Shown piece by piece: positions 22,016-36,708 of a stretch of 64,000 bases of DNA. The stretch comes from Microthyrium microscopicum. Taxonomy: Eukaryota. The first letter of the stretch is position 1; every line of letters starts with the position of its first letter. Made by a program: the position numbers and the translations under genes. The notes below the pieces were generated by a model. That model saw only the letters and a program-made list of their open reading frames with translations, was not told the origin of the DNA and made no database searches. Location of the stretch: the NCBI GenBank assembly GCA_010405405.1, contig MU004239.1, positions 620,001 through 684,000 of the forward strand, given 5' to 3'.

Positions 22016-25000
22016 ATGGTCGGCCATTGCACGGGTCCCGTGTGGCGTCGCGACGACCTCACTGCTTGCTTCAGACATGAGTATATTCTTCTCCCACCCT
22101 CTCTATCAGCCAGAACTGACTCTCAATTAGCTATCTACTGTCCATATTCCCCATAACCATTTGCGCCTTGTCCATATTATATCTCGCGTACCAAATCATA
22201 TCAGCCCGGCGATCCCGCACAAAAAACATTGGCTACCAACCGCTGAACCAAGACCAGCTCAATGGAGACTATGTCCCACCTGATAGGTCCAGATTTATTG
22301 ATGATGACGATAGCGACGATGAAAACGTAGATGATACGGCCACTGATGAGCTCGAAGACGAAGGCTATGTTACTCTCGCTCGCACTCGTACTCACGATTC
22401 CGTCATCGCAAATGATAAACCAAAGGGCGAATTTTTCCTCGTTACAATTGAAGAGATTGCAGTATTGGCGCAGCTGGGAATCCATGTCGCAATATTTGTA
22501 TTGGGTGTATGGGGGAAGAAAGGCCGTGTTGCGGCTATCGCTCAGCTCGCGACGTGGACATATATTGCAACTCTTGCCACTCTAAGACTTTTGTTGTCGA
22601 GCCAGACAAGACTCCAATTCTCAAGGCTTTGGTATCACACTACCTTCATTTACTGTTTCATGTGGATGTTCAATACTCTCACATTCCGCTCGGAAATCAT
22701 TCACCCACGCTCCAAGTCGTCGCAGAACTTCTCAATCGCTGATTTCATCTTGACAAGTCTTCTCGCATTTATCGCAATCACTTCTCGAAAAGGGAACAGG
22801 ACCGTCAAACTTGAATATGAAGGCAGAATCCAACCTTCCAAAGAACAAATTGCGAGCGTTCTTTCGCTGGCTTCTTTCTCTTGGTGCGATCCGCTCATTT
22901 ATCAAGGCTACAAGAAACCCCTAGAAATGGCTGACGTCTGGAACGTGCCTCCCCGAGACAAGGCGGCAAACATTTTAGCCGATTTTCGACAACTGAAGAA
23001 AACCGTCTCACTAGCTTTTCATCTGCTGCGGTATTTCAAACGATCGCTCATAATACAGGCGATTTGGGCTGCCCTCCAGTCTGTGCTAGACTTTGCACCG
23101 ACCCTCCTTCTCAAAGCCATTCTCGAATATGTAGAACGGCCACAGGATACACCCAGGAATGCGGCGTGGCTCTATGTTGGTCTACTCTTTGTTACAGGGT
23201 GTGTACAAGCTGTTGCCGCAGGCCAAGCCCTTTGGATTGGAAGAAAGATGTGCATTAGACTGCGCGCAATCGTTGTCGGCGAGATATATGCGAAAGCATT
23301 AAAACGCAGAGCATTTTCCACTACGAACAAAGTCCTTGGAGCCAAGCCAAAAGAACCCGAAACGAGACCTGGATTTCTAAGTCGCTTGACAGGCTTGGGA
23401 AAGAAGAAGCCGCTTATACCAGATAGCCAAACCAGTCAAAACGGCCAATCAGCTGAAGCTGCAGCCGCGCAAAAGAAAACAGAAGGTGAAGAAGCGGAAG
23501 CCCAGGTTAGCTCTGGAACCATTATCAACCTCATGTCCGTGGACTCTTTCAAGGTCGCAGAAATCAGCGCATACCTACATTTTCTCTGGGCCAGCGCACC
23601 TGTGCTCTTCATCGGCACCATCGGTCTGCTCTATCGTATATTGGGGTTCAGCTCTTTTGTCGGAATTCTGATGATGTTTCTACTTCTGCCTGTCAACATG
23701 ATAATCGCGAAACAGTTTGCCAAGCTTCAAAAACAAATCCTGCAAGCAACTGATGCGCGAATTCACATCACAAATGAGGTTCTCAGCAATATTCGCATTA
23801 TCAAGTTCTTTGCGTGGGAGCAGAAATTCATGAGCAAGGTTGACGAAAAACGAAATGTTGAGATCAAGGCCATCTTCCGCCGATACTTTGTTTGGGCATG
23901 TGCTGGAACAGTGTGGTCCGGGTCTCCTATTTTGATCACCCTCCTCACATTCATGGTATATACCCAGATCGAGAAGAAGGACCTCGTTCCTTCTGTGGCG
24001 TTCACAGCACTGTCACTCTTCCAGCTGCTACGTGTTCCCTTGGACCAGCTTGCAGATATGATTGCACATGTTCAGGAATCCAAGGTATCGATAGACCGCG
24101 TGGAAGAGTATCTCAATGAACCCGAGACGGACAAGTCTACGCAGCTTAAGCGACAGCTTAAGGACGAACATGGGAATCCTCTACTTGGGTTCGAGAAAGC
24201 CAATTTCTCCTGGGGATTGAAAGGTGATAAAGAGACTGATGCTTTCAAACTGATTGATCTTGACCTCCTCTTCCCTCCTGATCGATTAAGCGTCATTGTT
24301 GGACCAACTGGTAGCGGAAAAACCTCGTTACTCATGGCATTATTAGGTGAAATGACTCTGCTTACTGGGGAGGTCCATCTTCCTGGAATTCGAAGCCGGG
24401 AAGACCTCAGCCTTGATCCTGAGACTGGCCTAACGGAGAGTATTGCTTACTGCGCGCAGCAAGCTTGGCTTGTCAATGCCAGCATTAAAGACAACATTGT
24501 CTTTGCAAGCCCTTGGAACCCAGATCGATACAAAGACGTGCTTGTGGCTTGTTCATTGCAACGAGATCTGGAGATTCTTGATGGAGGTGATGAAACTCTT
24601 GTGGGCGAAAAAGGTGTGACCTTATCTGGTGGCCAGAAACAACGAATTTCGCTGGCGAGAGCATTGTACAGCCGTGCAAGACACGTCCTACTCGATGATA
24701 TTCTGAGCGCAGTCGATGCACATACAGCGAAGTGGATATTCGAGCAAGCAATTCTTGGCCCGTTAATGCGCAATCGTACATGCATTCTGGTCACACATAG
24801 CGTAACGCTATCACTTCCATTCGCAGAATTTGTTGTGGTTCTGGAGAATGGTCAGGTCACATCTTCAGGTTCCCCCAAGGAGGTTACCGTTACTGGAAAG
24901 CTCAGTGAAGACGATTCCAAATCTTTGGTGGCATCACAGCGTCCGTCTAGAATACCTTCGCGGGTACCATCTGGCGTCGGCGAAGAATCTATGGAAGAAA

Positions 25001-27195
25001 CTGTAAAGAAGGCCGCTAAAACGTCCGACACAGAGACTGTATCGGGAAAGCCAAAGCAGCCTGATCAAGAAGAAGACAGAGCAATTGGCAGTGTCAAATT
25101 TGGGGTTATTATGCTCTATCTGGCAGCCATGGGCTCCTGGTTTTATTGGACTGCAGCGGGACTCGTCTTCGTTGGCCAGCAGGCTATATCTGTCCTTTCA
25201 AACGTGTGGATCAGGGAATGGTCAAATGCCTATGCTGAGAAGGAAGTATCTATCCAATGGTCTTCGCACAATCGCTCTGTCACACACATATCCGGAATCT
25301 CTCGATGCTTTACTAGTGGCGTTTGTGGCTGGTCCATGCCTTATCTCCCGAAACTCTCAAGTAATGTCAAGACACTTACAGAATCCGGAGAAGTCAATGA
25401 CTGGTACTATGTCAGCGTCTACGCTATTATAGGTCTTGTGATGGTCATTATGGTTTTCGTTCGCGAGATAGTATTGTTCTACGGCTCTATCACGGCATCA
25501 AAACGAATCCATACACAATTGATGGACTCTGTCATGCGAGCCAAATTCCGGTTCTTCGACTCCACTCCGCTTGGTCAAATCATGAATCGGTTCTCCAAAG
25601 ACATAGAAGCCATTGATCAGGACGTCACACCAGTAGCGGTCGGAGTTATCTACTGTCTACTGTCTATTGTTACTATCATTATTCTGATCACAGTGATCAC
25701 ACCGGGCTTTCTCATCGCAGGTGGAATCATCAGCGTCACCTACTTTGCTATCGGAATAGTCTACATCAACTCCTCTCGTGATCTGAAGCGCCTGGAATCA
25801 GTGAAACGCAGCCCTATTTTCCAACAATTTGGTGAGACCCTGACTGGAATGACGACTATCCGAGCCTACGCAGATGAACGGAGGTTTATTCGCGAGAACC
25901 TCGCTCGGATCAATGTTGCAAATCGACCATTCATATTCCTTTGGGCTGCCAATCGATGGCTTGCTTTCCGGGTGGATGTTATTGGCTCTCTGGTCAGCTT
26001 CTTTAGTGGTGCGTTTGTTGTGCTTAGCGCTGGAAAAATCGACCCAGGTGCAGCTGGTTTAGCTATGACTTATGCTGTCACTTACACGGAAAACATGCTT
26101 TGGTTTGTCCGCCTGTACGCTTCAAATGAGCAGAACATGAACTCCGTCGAACGTATCAAGGAATATCTGGATGTTGAGCGAGAAGCTCCTCCAATCATCG
26201 AAGATAATAGACCTCCTGGAAATTGGCCAAGTCACGGATCTGTCGAATTCATTGGATATAGCACGCGTTATCGCAAAGATTTTGAGCTTGTATTGAAGCA
26301 GCTCACTTTCAAGATTCTCGCAGGTGAAAAGGTTGGTATCGTTGGTCGTACTGGCGCTGGTAAGAGCTCAATGGCCCTAGCACTTTTCAGAGCTCTTGAG
26401 GCGGAAGAAGGTAAGATCCTTATCGATAATGTTGATATTGGTCTTATTGGACTACAAGATCTTCGTGAGAATGTGGTCATGGTTCCCCAAGATCCGACGC
26501 TTTTCTCTGGCACTATCCGTACCAATCTGGATCCCTTCAACCTATTTACCGACGAAGAAATATTCAATTCCCTTCGACGCGTACAACTAGTTGGTTCTCC
26601 AGGCCCATCTTCATCCGTAACCCCAGATCGACCCCGATCTCCGTCGAACCAAAATGCAGACTCCGTACCCTCAGTCGTGGTCGAGAGCTCAGAGTCTTCA
26701 GAAAACACCGCTGTCCCATCATCATCCGCCACGGTTACCGAAGACGGCGCAGCGTCGTCTCCAGCTACCACTTTAGTAGAAAACAAGAACATCTTCCAGA
26801 ATCTCTCCTCGTCCGTCAGCGAATCTGGCTCCAATCTATCGCAAGGCCAGCGCCAACTTCTTTGCCTCGCCCGAGCCCTGCTCAAGGAGCCAAAGGTCCT
26901 TATGATGGACGAAGCGACCGCCTCAATCGACCATGCTACGGATGGAAAGATTCAAGAGACGATCCGCCAGCTCCAAAATACTACCATTACCATTGCACAT
27001 CGTCTCAAAACGATTGTCGATTATGATAAAGTTCTCGTGCTCGATCAGGGCGAGATCAAAGAATATGGAACTCCTTGGGAGCTGATTGAGAAGGAGGGTG
27101 GTATGTTCCAAAGCATGTGCGAGCAGAGCGGTGAATTGGGAACGTTGAGGGATATAGCTAAGAAGGAACATGAGAAGAAAACGCAGGGTGCTTAA
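22016..27195 (+). CDS. ABCC/MRP-type full ABC transporter (Ybt1/Bpt1-like)
   Basis: Two TMD-NBD halves with GPTGSGKT / LSGGQKQR / LLDD and GRTGAGKS / LSQGQRQ / MMDEAT. First exon MVGHCTGPVWRRDDLTACF at 22016 joins in frame through intron 22081-22130. Confidence 0.95.
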
Positions 27196-27561
27196 GTTGG
27201 AAACTTGAAGGCGCTAGTCTAGTCTTTTGTCTGTACATAGAAGCTTTCGTTCGTTCGATAAATTATTAAAACTGAACTCTCGTGCATCACCGTATGCCTT
27301 GACGAGGTTTTTCCTCATGAAATAAGCATCTTGTAAATGCTACGGATGATAAGGCTGAAGACAAGGCTGGCCAAAAAAAGCAAGCTGCATGTGCAATCGC
27401 AGAGCCTCTTCAAGGATCTTATCTTAGCCTGGATGGATCTTATCGCGATCCGTCCCTTGCCGTCCATTTCTCAGCCAACTTCAACTTTTCCATTGTCTCA
27501 AACACGACCTGCATTCTGTATTTTTCGCTTGATTTTGTTATGTTGCCATGATGTCGCCGAT

Positions 27562-28643
27562 ATGTCTCGACCTTTGCCTCCCCTTGATGGCAAGCTATCA
27601 AGAAAGTCCCTGTCGGCTCCCGTAGTGGAGACTGCTGCTGGTTTTACCGCAGGCGTTGCTGCGACTCTGGTCGTGCATCCACTTGATGTCTTGAAGACGC
27701 GGATTCAATGTAAGCAGCAATGACCTCAAGTCTTGGTAGATAACTAAACTTCTGTAGTGGAAACTAGGCAGACGGGTCTTGGCCAATCGCTACGTATTCT
27801 GCGCGACATTGTGAAGCATGAAGGCAGCTATCTGGCACTCTATCGCGGATTGACTCCGAATCTAGTGGGCAACTCTGTGAGCTGGGCATTGTATTTTATG
27901 TGGTACATATCCGCGCCAGCTCTTTGTGTAGCAAGCTAACTAACGGGATAATAGGTATGGAAGCATAAAAACGTGGCTTCAAACAGCTCAAGGTCAAGGA
28001 AAGTCACTTACTTCCCTGGACTACTTTGCAGCTTCTGGAACTTCTGGAATCCTCACAGCACTGCTCACAAACCCAATATGGGTCATTAAAACCCGCATGC
28101 TGTCGTCTGGTCGCAATTCTCCGGGCGCTTATTCAAGCATGCTCCATGGCGTCCGCCATATCTTGAAGAATGAAGGGCTCTCTGGATTCTGGCGCGGCTT
28201 AGTCCCATCCTTGTTCGGCATAAGCCATGGTGCTGTGCAGTTTGCTGCATATGAGCAGCTGAAAAATTACCGTGGTCGCCAGTTTGGGGGTGATCAGCAG
28301 CGTTTGAGCAATTGGGATTATCTTACTCTCAGCGGCTTGTCAAAATGCTTTGCAGGAAGCGTGACGTATCCATTTCAAGTGGTCAGGGTCAGGTTGCAGA
28401 TTTATGATGCGGACAGTGCTTATCGAGGGACCAGAGATGCGGTTTGGCAGATCTGGCGAAACGAAGGCGTGCGAGGATTTTACAAAGGGTAAGTGATCTG
28501 GTTTGCTACACGATGCTACGCATGCTGATATGGGTTCTAGTCTGGGACCAAGCCTGGTTAGAGTTTTGCCTTCAACTTGCGTCACGTTCTTGGTGTATGA
28601 AAATACCAAGTTCTATCTTCCCAGGCTCTATGATAGCCATTGA
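27562..28643 (+). CDS. FLX1: Mitochondrial carrier, FAD/folate (Flx1-like)
   Basis: Three carrier signatures: HPLDVLKTR, NPIWVIKTR and YPFQVVRVR. Also LYRGLTPNLVGNSVSWALYF and GISHGAVQF. Three introns at about 27710-27757, 27903-27954 and 28489-28540. Confidence 0.85.
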
Positions 28644-29481
28644 AAGGACCTTTCAAGTTGATCTCACCACGAACATTGAATACTCCCAATTATTGCCAGG
28701 TGACAGGTATGATCCCATGATCATCGGGCGCCCAAATCGGACTCGCCGACTTCGCCCTCAAAATGGCGGTCTCATTGATCGCTCCTTCCCGGCTCGCCAA
28801 TTCTTGCATGCAAACAGATCAAGTGTGGGGGTGCAAATCTAGGCAGGCGCAGTCGCGCAGCGTTCGGATCCGTCAACAGATGCAACTGCCCTGACTTAGA
28901 CACCATCTAGAGCACTGCCTTCAATACTACATAGGTACCTAGGTACTGTATGGGATGTATGCTAGTACATGAATGGTCATCGAGGGAACATGGGCTTGCT
29001 GTTTCCTAATTTCTCAGACCGTCTGTCAATGATCTCGTATACATAATAGCAAGCAAGCACGGCACGAGTAGGCAAAGAGGATTGGACACTCCCATCATTT
29101 GTGATCTCTGCGAAGGACTGCACTCTTGATGCACTGCGATATCTCCCAGTGACCTTGTTGACATATGGAAAGAACATGGCGTGGTGTACATCGTACTAGA
29201 CGGAGCAGAAGCATATTTGTTCGCTGAACAACCTCAAGGAAACCGTGACCTGTGTTATGGTTGCCTAATCATTCTAGATCACCTTACGCCGCCGCCGTTC
29301 GCGGCGATCAAGAAACAAACCATTAGGCCTCACGCTACCTCTTGTTGTCACATGCTCTTCTTCGCCATCATTTTTCCATTTACATACCTGCTCTCGCTAG
29401 CATTCATACACTCTTCTGCTGCTCATCAAAACCTTCCAGGAACAGTCGCATCTCAGCTTGTATCAAGCCATTCTCAACAGC

Positions 29482-30963
29482 ATGCCATCACTACGACGAT
29501 TCAGTCTTGCCAGGCTCCTTGGGCGGGCCAAGAATGGCACTGATGACAATCTTCCACCGCGTAGTCTTTCGTCGATGACCATGCGGCATTCTTCTCCAAT
29601 TGAGGCAGAGCGCCGTCCAGGAAGCTCAATGTCATTTCAATCAACAGCGCATCACCTTTCGTCTTCCTTCAACTACAAAGCGGAGGCACGGCGAGAGGAG
29701 TAGGAACCTCTACCGGCCTTTTACCGCCCATCACCCGCGACCTCGACTTTTGATGCTCAAATTAGCCATCAGAGTCTAAGCCATTTCGTGCTGTGGTATT
29801 TGTTTTACGATTTGATACAGAGACCAGCCAGTGCTACAAGTTGCTACAGCGAACTCAGCAGGCCACAGTTGCGTGGATGGGTCAGGATTGGCCATGAGCT
29901 CAACAATTGCCCTTCGAGCATGATGCCACCCATTGCATTGCCTGGACTCCATTGCGCTTGTGAAGATCTTGGCATTGACTTTGAGGTCATGAAGCTTCGG
30001 CTCTCACGTTTTGCCCGGATGGAGGCTTCCTCTGAGCTTGTTGGGCTGAGCTCACTACCTGTACGGTTTTTCGAATCCGCTCGCCTGAAGCTTCAGAGCG
30101 ATCGTAATATTGTGGAATGTTGTCGACCTACTCCTGGCACGCAATGGTATGGCTATCGCTACCAGTTACTCACAGACATCGATGCATATTTACAGCTGGT
30201 CAACGTACACATATTCTCATCTCATCAGGGAGCTTTGGAAAGCCTTGGTCATTATTCACCGCGCGTGTCCGCTAGATGGAGCGATATTTTACATTATGCA
30301 ATTCACCCGCCATCAAACTTCTATCAGGAGTCTTTTGACATCGACCAAGAAGTCAAAGCATATCAATCATCTTGCCTTAGTCTCGAGAGATACGGATATC
30401 GTGGAGCTGGCATATTCGGATACGACGGCCAGAGAACCAGCTCAACGCCAGGCGCAGTCTCTGAGGGATGTGCTCAAACCAACTTTCATACGGCCCTGAT
30501 GCGAAGACTCGTTCAACTACAATTCGGAGCATTGAACCAATATGCTGGACATCAAGAAGAAGATCTCCCTCTGCCGCCATTCAGTAAATCTCCAACGCCA
30601 CAGGATCTGATAAGCACATATCAACGGCCAGTTACGCCACTGCGAAGAAAGGGAACGGCACGAGTATTTCCGAAAGTCCAATTTTCTGACTATGGGCAGT
30701 CATCGAACCAACATCAGCCTCAACCTCCAATATACCAATCGCCTATTTTGTCGGAAACTAGCCCACTGCATTTGTCAACTCTGAGTGAAGACACGGTTGA
30801 TCATTCTCGCTCAGCTACACCGCCGGAGTGCTATCGGTCGCCCGTATCTCCTGAAGCAGATTATTCAACCATTGTCGCTTCAAATATGCAAGAGCTTCAT
30901 AACCACAGTTCGTCCCAGGGTGGGCATCATCAAGTCCAAGAATTGCACGAGCTTGAAGCATGA
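29482..30963 (+). CDS. Hypothetical protein; exon structure of the 5' part unresolved
   Basis: 391-codon open frame 29788-30963 with a Ser/Pro-rich tail. The upstream MPSLRRFS ORF may be exon 1, but I could not find a phase-compatible intron. Confidence 0.5.
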
Positions 30964-31050
30964 TATTAGATTCCCTCATTGTGTTTCATTATACTCAGGC
31001 TACGAAGTAGCTCTTTGGCGTTTGGAAGGTGATATGGAGTTCAGAAGATG

Positions 31051-32242
31051 CTATCTCCTTTTATAGGCCAAATCGTCAACGATGGTCTTCATGAGAGCCT
31101 AATATTTAGTTAGTCTTTCAATTCATTACAAGCTCACATTATTCATCGTACCTGCATTGTTGACGCCGCTTGTCGGCCTGCTTCCAAGACTTCTGCGTGA
31201 TTCGCGCCTCCTCTGGTCATGAAAGCATCCAGCTCGCTCTCGCTCAAGTTCTGTAGCAGAACATTGTCACCCGTAATTGGCGGATCCAACAGACACTTGT
31301 TCGTAACCAGACTAAAGGCAAGAACTCGCATTCCCGAGTGCCGAGCTACTATCACCTCAGGCACGGTAGACATGCCCACCAAGTCTCCACCCAAGGTCCT
31401 CAACATCCTACATTCCGCTCGAGTCTCGTAGGTTGGACCTGCTGCAAAGGAGTATACACCTTCATGCAGAGGTCGCTTGATCCCGAGCTTGCGCCATGCA
31501 TCGTGAGCTCCTCGTCGGAGAGCTAAATCGTAAGCGTCAGAGAGCGGCGGAAAACGCACGCCAAATTGCTCTTCATTTGGTCCCCGAAGTGGGTTTACAC
31601 CCGCCAATCCCATGAGGTTGATATGCTGTAAAGTTATTAGTGTTAGCTAGAATGCTTTTTCTGCGTGGGCTCACATCGTTGATGGCCACTATATCGCCCA
31701 CTGAGTAAACAGGATTCAGCCCGCCGGCAGCGTTCGTTACTGGTTTAGTTAGTCCATGTTCATTCGATGTCAATGAAAACTGTACCAATCATGGTTTCGA
31801 TTCCAAGCAACTTGCAGACTCTAGTAGCAAACGTGACCACCGGCATCTCGTGCCCCTCATAAAAACTAGATATCATTAGCAAAGCTCATTCATCGCAATA
31901 ATTCACGCACTGTGCACGTCCTACGAGAAGGACGACGGGTGTCAGTGACTTTCCCAATAAGCCAAATACAAGCTTTCCGTCATGTCCTTGAACTAAAAAC
32001 TATTAGTTTATGCCTCTAGATCCCATAGTCTACATACCAGTGCTGACGGGAAACCCTGGAACGCTGGCATATGGGATCTCCGCTTTCGGCTCAGGCTCTA
32101 TTGTCTGCGCAAGCCCGCCGAGTCCAGAGCCACAGACGATGGCTATCTTTGGTGTGTTCAGAGGATGTGGAATCGCTTTCTTGATAGCATCAACGGCGAA
32201 GGCCGCGCGCTCGTATAGCGTTTGTGACTGTTCACTAGCCAT
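31051..32242 (-). CDS. PNP1: Purine nucleoside phosphorylase (PNP I family)
   Basis: IVCGSGLGGL, PGFPVST, VTNAAGGLN, GPTYETRAE, DLVGMSTVPEVIVARH, NHAEVL across several exons. The last exon is ALMKTIVDDLAYKRR*. Confidence 0.95.
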
Positions 32243-35200
32243 GTTCGAACTTTGAGGTTGACAGTCTAAGTAGAGGAGAGAATTTGCAGGTCAAATTCAC
32301 ACAAGGCTTATTGCATGGTGTTCGAGAGGCACGGGTATCAGCAGGGAAAAAAAGCGATGTTGTCGCCGCAGCGTGCCTGGATGTTGAAGAGTGCAGGTGG
32401 TCGGTCTCGAGTTTCAACTGCTTGTCGAAGACACTGCATGTGAGTTTGCATTACACTTGCCCCGCCCTATTGAAAAAAAGTTTACATTCTCATCTCGCTT
32501 TTACTCTCGATCCAGTCTGGCGAGAAATATTCAATTGGGGCTTTGTTGGTGTTTCCAGTCTTCTTTTTTGTGATGCTCGCCAGAGGTAAAGAAGCTAAGC
32601 CCAATCAGGACAAATCCAATCCCATTTAGGAAGGAGCTACAAAAGGAATGCCACGAACCCAGTATTTGATTTTCTGCCAGATCTTGATATAGGGGGTCGA
32701 GTAAACACGATCAGTGACAGGCCTATATGACCATAAAACTTGATTTTTTGCTTAATCGTTCCAAAACTGCAGGTATGGTATCAACATCAAAATTTGAATC
32801 TACTACTAGAAAGTTAAATCCTCGCCACAAACGATCAAGCAGTATATATGTCATTACGTCAACTTTGCGATGCAACGACAAAGAGATCTCATTATTCCTC
32901 TCAATACGAAAGCGAGGCTATACAGCATATCGTCGCCATATGTATTTTCGACAGGCAGAACTTGTATTGACACGAGTTACGCAAGATAAGAGCTGGAAGA
33001 AATCTTGAATTTTGTAATACAAGCAACTCCCTTGGAACTTATAATCTTGAAGAAGTCAAGATTTAGTGAATCATACGGATCTTTCAACTCCGTATCCGGT
33101 AGAGGAAGTAACTTCTTAATAATAAGATGTATCCGTCATACTTAGCATTGGATGCCCTGGTTCATCGAGGGAATTTAGAGCGATAGCAGGTTCTACAAGA
33201 GAGTTGAGATCCGGGGAGTAAAAGGAGCTTCATCATCCAGCCAGGGGTATCTTTGTCAGATCCACGTAAGGCGTTATCGTGGTAGTCTGGGGTAGTGCTA
33301 TAAGCATCACTATCAACCTACGCATTAATTGAAACCATCAAAGGTTAAAGCTTCCCTTACTACCAACCCTAGTACACGAACTTACTTGTCCAAGTAGGTT
33401 TATACGATATAGTTTAGCTCCCCAAATACTACAGGTGTGATTATCGTATCTTTACGTTTCAGGGGTAGGGGAGGTAGTCCTAGAAGGCATTATAGGAATC
33501 ACCAGCAGCAAAATGGGACTCATGGGAGGTATAAATTGTGGGTATCTTGGATACTTACAACATAAAATGCAGCCAAGAAGCTCTATTGTGATCAACACCA
33601 TGATTTATTGAGCCACGGAGAAATGTTTCCATGGGTTTTGCTAGTTGTTTACCCTGCTGTGGATGTTGAGAAGTATTATGTACTCAGCGATAGTTAAGGC
33701 ATGGAATTACCGGCATGTCTCTTGTAGTCGCCTTTCGAGTGAAGTATAACCTCCTATCATTACTGGCTTTACATAGTTCCTGTCAAATACGTTCGCTATT
33801 TGAAGAAGTCTCATACCTAAGGCCTCAACGCGATTGAGGATGTGATATAAGTATTGAAGTGTTACATGGAATGAACTATCTTGTGCCCCGAGCTCTTTTA
33901 CGAGCCACGAAACAACGCCAAACCCTTGTAATATCTCGCTCTTTCATGCGATGATAATGCTGCTCTGTGCTTGATCCTTTGGAACTCCACTATATGGAGC
34001 TGCTCCGGTTGGACAATTAGCCCTCAATCTACACCAAAGAAGTTAGCTTTCTGAACAATATATCCTGCTACCTCTACAAGGATACAAATTACATGGCTTC
34101 CCGGGCTAAAACAAACAAAACTGAGGAAACAAACGAGGCCGTGAAACCAGAAGAGTTTACAGGAATGCAATTTGCGCACTGGTGTTTTCCCCCACAATTG
34201 AGCATCCATGATCGCCATGATTTACTACGAGGTCTGAGCAATTAGCGGGGAGTTTGTGAGGAACGGCACAGGAAAGCATTGAAATGAAACGACATGAAGT
34301 ATTGATTGGCACTGGTCTACTGGAGCCATTGAGTAAACCCCATTTCATGAAGGAGATACATTTACAGATACAATCTGCAATACTGAATATACTTTATGAA
34401 GAATCTTGTATGTTTGCTCTGTGGCTTCAAGGTCACAGTGCTGAAACTTGTTCCAACGTTAAAACGACTGAAATTTTGTGTTTCTTTGATATCGCAAGGA
34501 TATAACCGGTGTGATACATCACAAGTAAACAGTACACTGACAGTCAATTGCCATAAAAGTGGAGAGATTTTTCGTGCCTCGCACGAAAGACATAGTAAGT
34601 AAACCCCTTTGTGTCTCAAGTTTGCTTTTAGGGACTCTGCAACTGTGTAACCCTGTAGCTCAAGTGGCTAGTTCTTGATATTATTCAGGGGCCTCATTAC
34701 GTTGGTCTTCATATCGACTTGGTTTGGAAAAGGTTAAATGACAAAGTTTTAAACTGTATGACTTTTATAGTTTACTAGTAGTTCTTGATACGCCTAGGTA
34801 TGTATTAGATATTGGAAGGAATAGGTGTTTCATACAATTCGATCTCAGCCCTCAACGATAAGCTTCCTAAAAGAGCTACTCTTTTAATCTTTCGAGAACA
34901 CGTAGCCGGGCCACGGAGCAGATAGTTTCAATATCTACCCAACCTATGGAAGTCTTAAATTGCCAGTGACAATCTTTCATCCTTGCTGGTCAAGCCGCCT
35001 CCGCTGGATGGCATGCTCGACTGGCATAGGGCCAGACCTGGCCTCGAAGTGAACCAAAAGCCAATTTGAGATATGAACAGTGCTGGTGTGCTCTTGGACC
35101 ATGCGCTATAACTGCCATGATATTCATTCGCCCCTCAACCGACCAAAGTGGTGACGAGACTTGATAATTATACAGTGTATATCAACTCTTGTGGTCCTTG

Positions 35201-35324
35201 CCCTGAGACTTCATACACTCGTTCTTCTCTCTGCCATTTCCACCTCGCTCTGGCAATTTGAATTCTACTTGCAGGGAAAGAACATATCACTGATCTTGAA
35301 GTCGGCCAGTGTATATTCGACACC

Positions 35325-36708
35325 ATGGTGCTTCTCCGCTGGACGGCTCTTACATTCGCCTTTATGGCAACCCAACAGGCGCTGGCGCTACCGCAGTCTC
35401 CTGCTACATCCATTGCCATAGCATCACCAGTAGCACCAGCAGGAACAATTGTTCCATCGGGTGGAAAGACGAGCTCGCCAGCAGCAATGCCACAACCAAG
35501 TCAACAGACACAAGCAGGAACAGCACAAGCTCCAGCACAGCAATCTGGATCTCATGCAACAGAACCAGCATCGGCAGCAGGGGCAGCGGGAGCAGGAGGA
35601 ATAGCAGGAGCAGCGGTGGCAGCAGGAGCAGCCGCAGCACAACCACAAAGTCCATTCATATACATGCCTTCATTCAGCATGGCCGCTGCTGGAGCACTGG
35701 TTTTCCTTATATCAGCCACTATCACCAACTACCAATTCTTCACGAGAAAGGCTTGGAACTTTATGCTCATGCCCCAAGGAGCAGTCGTCGATGTTGTTGG
35801 AGCTGCCGCTCGGGTCTACGCTGTCACCAATTTCAGTGACAAGACCGCCTTTATTGTTCAGATGATGGGATTCCAGATCGCCCCTGCGCTAGTAACCATC
35901 CAGACAATGATGGTTTTCACCCGTGTCATCTGGTGGGTAACTCCAATCGAGAACCTCAACTCAAAGGTTCTTGGTTTACCTCATCGCCACCTTACATTTC
36001 TGTGGGCCCTGGGCTTCGTCATCCCTGATCTAGCCAAAGCTGTTGTATCTCAACTGGATAAACCAAAGCCAGGGGCACATCCCAATCCAAAGGGCATGGG
36101 AAACCGTATTGAGCAGATCTGTCTCATCTTTCAGTTCTTTGCTATTGCTGGTTGGTCATTGTGGGCAACCATGCTTATGCGTAGAGCGAGAAGGTGGATT
36201 GTTCCAGTAGAGCTAGATCGTGTTAGATGGCATCTGCTTGGCTGGACCTGTGTTGCATCTGGATTTCTTCTTTCGGTTAGTTCTGCTCATTTTCGTGCCC
36301 ATTGACTTCATTACTAACCTATCATAGTGGCGCGTCATGTACTTTACTTTTGAAAAGGACGCTCTATATGACCCCAAGGCATTTATTTCCCAGCACGAAT
36401 GGCCATTCTGGATGCTTGGCCAACTGCCAATTCTTTGTAAGTGTTATTATATTTTAGGCTAAAATTGCCACTAATAATGGACAGTGGTCTACACGCTGTT
36501 CCAATTCAACCACCCTGGAGACTATATTCCACGTGAATACACCAGGTTCAAGTTTGACGTCAAAAAGCTGGAACTCATGAAACGTGAAGAAACCTGGAGA
36601 CCCAACATCTCCCATCCTGTCCCATCATCGCCACAGAGTGACCCGGATCCCAAAGGTTTCGAAGTCAACACATTCGAAATTACGCCACACCCTGGACGGA
36701 AAATGTAA
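35325..36708 (+). CDS. Divergent RTA1-like multi-pass membrane protein with signal peptide and Ala/Pro/Ser/Gln-rich N-terminal extension
   Basis: PFIYMPS..hydrophobic helices..FIVQ...IAP..FTRVIWWVTP..HEWPFW..PI..FNHPGDYIPR. Introns at about 36276-36327 and 36437-36484. Confidence 0.75.

Noticed and set aside
33060..33602. Possible small spliced minus-strand gene (MVLITIELLGCILC, two GTAAGT donors)
   Set aside because: The obvious splice leads to a stop within about 10 codons. A pseudogene or non-coding transcript is possible but unsupported.
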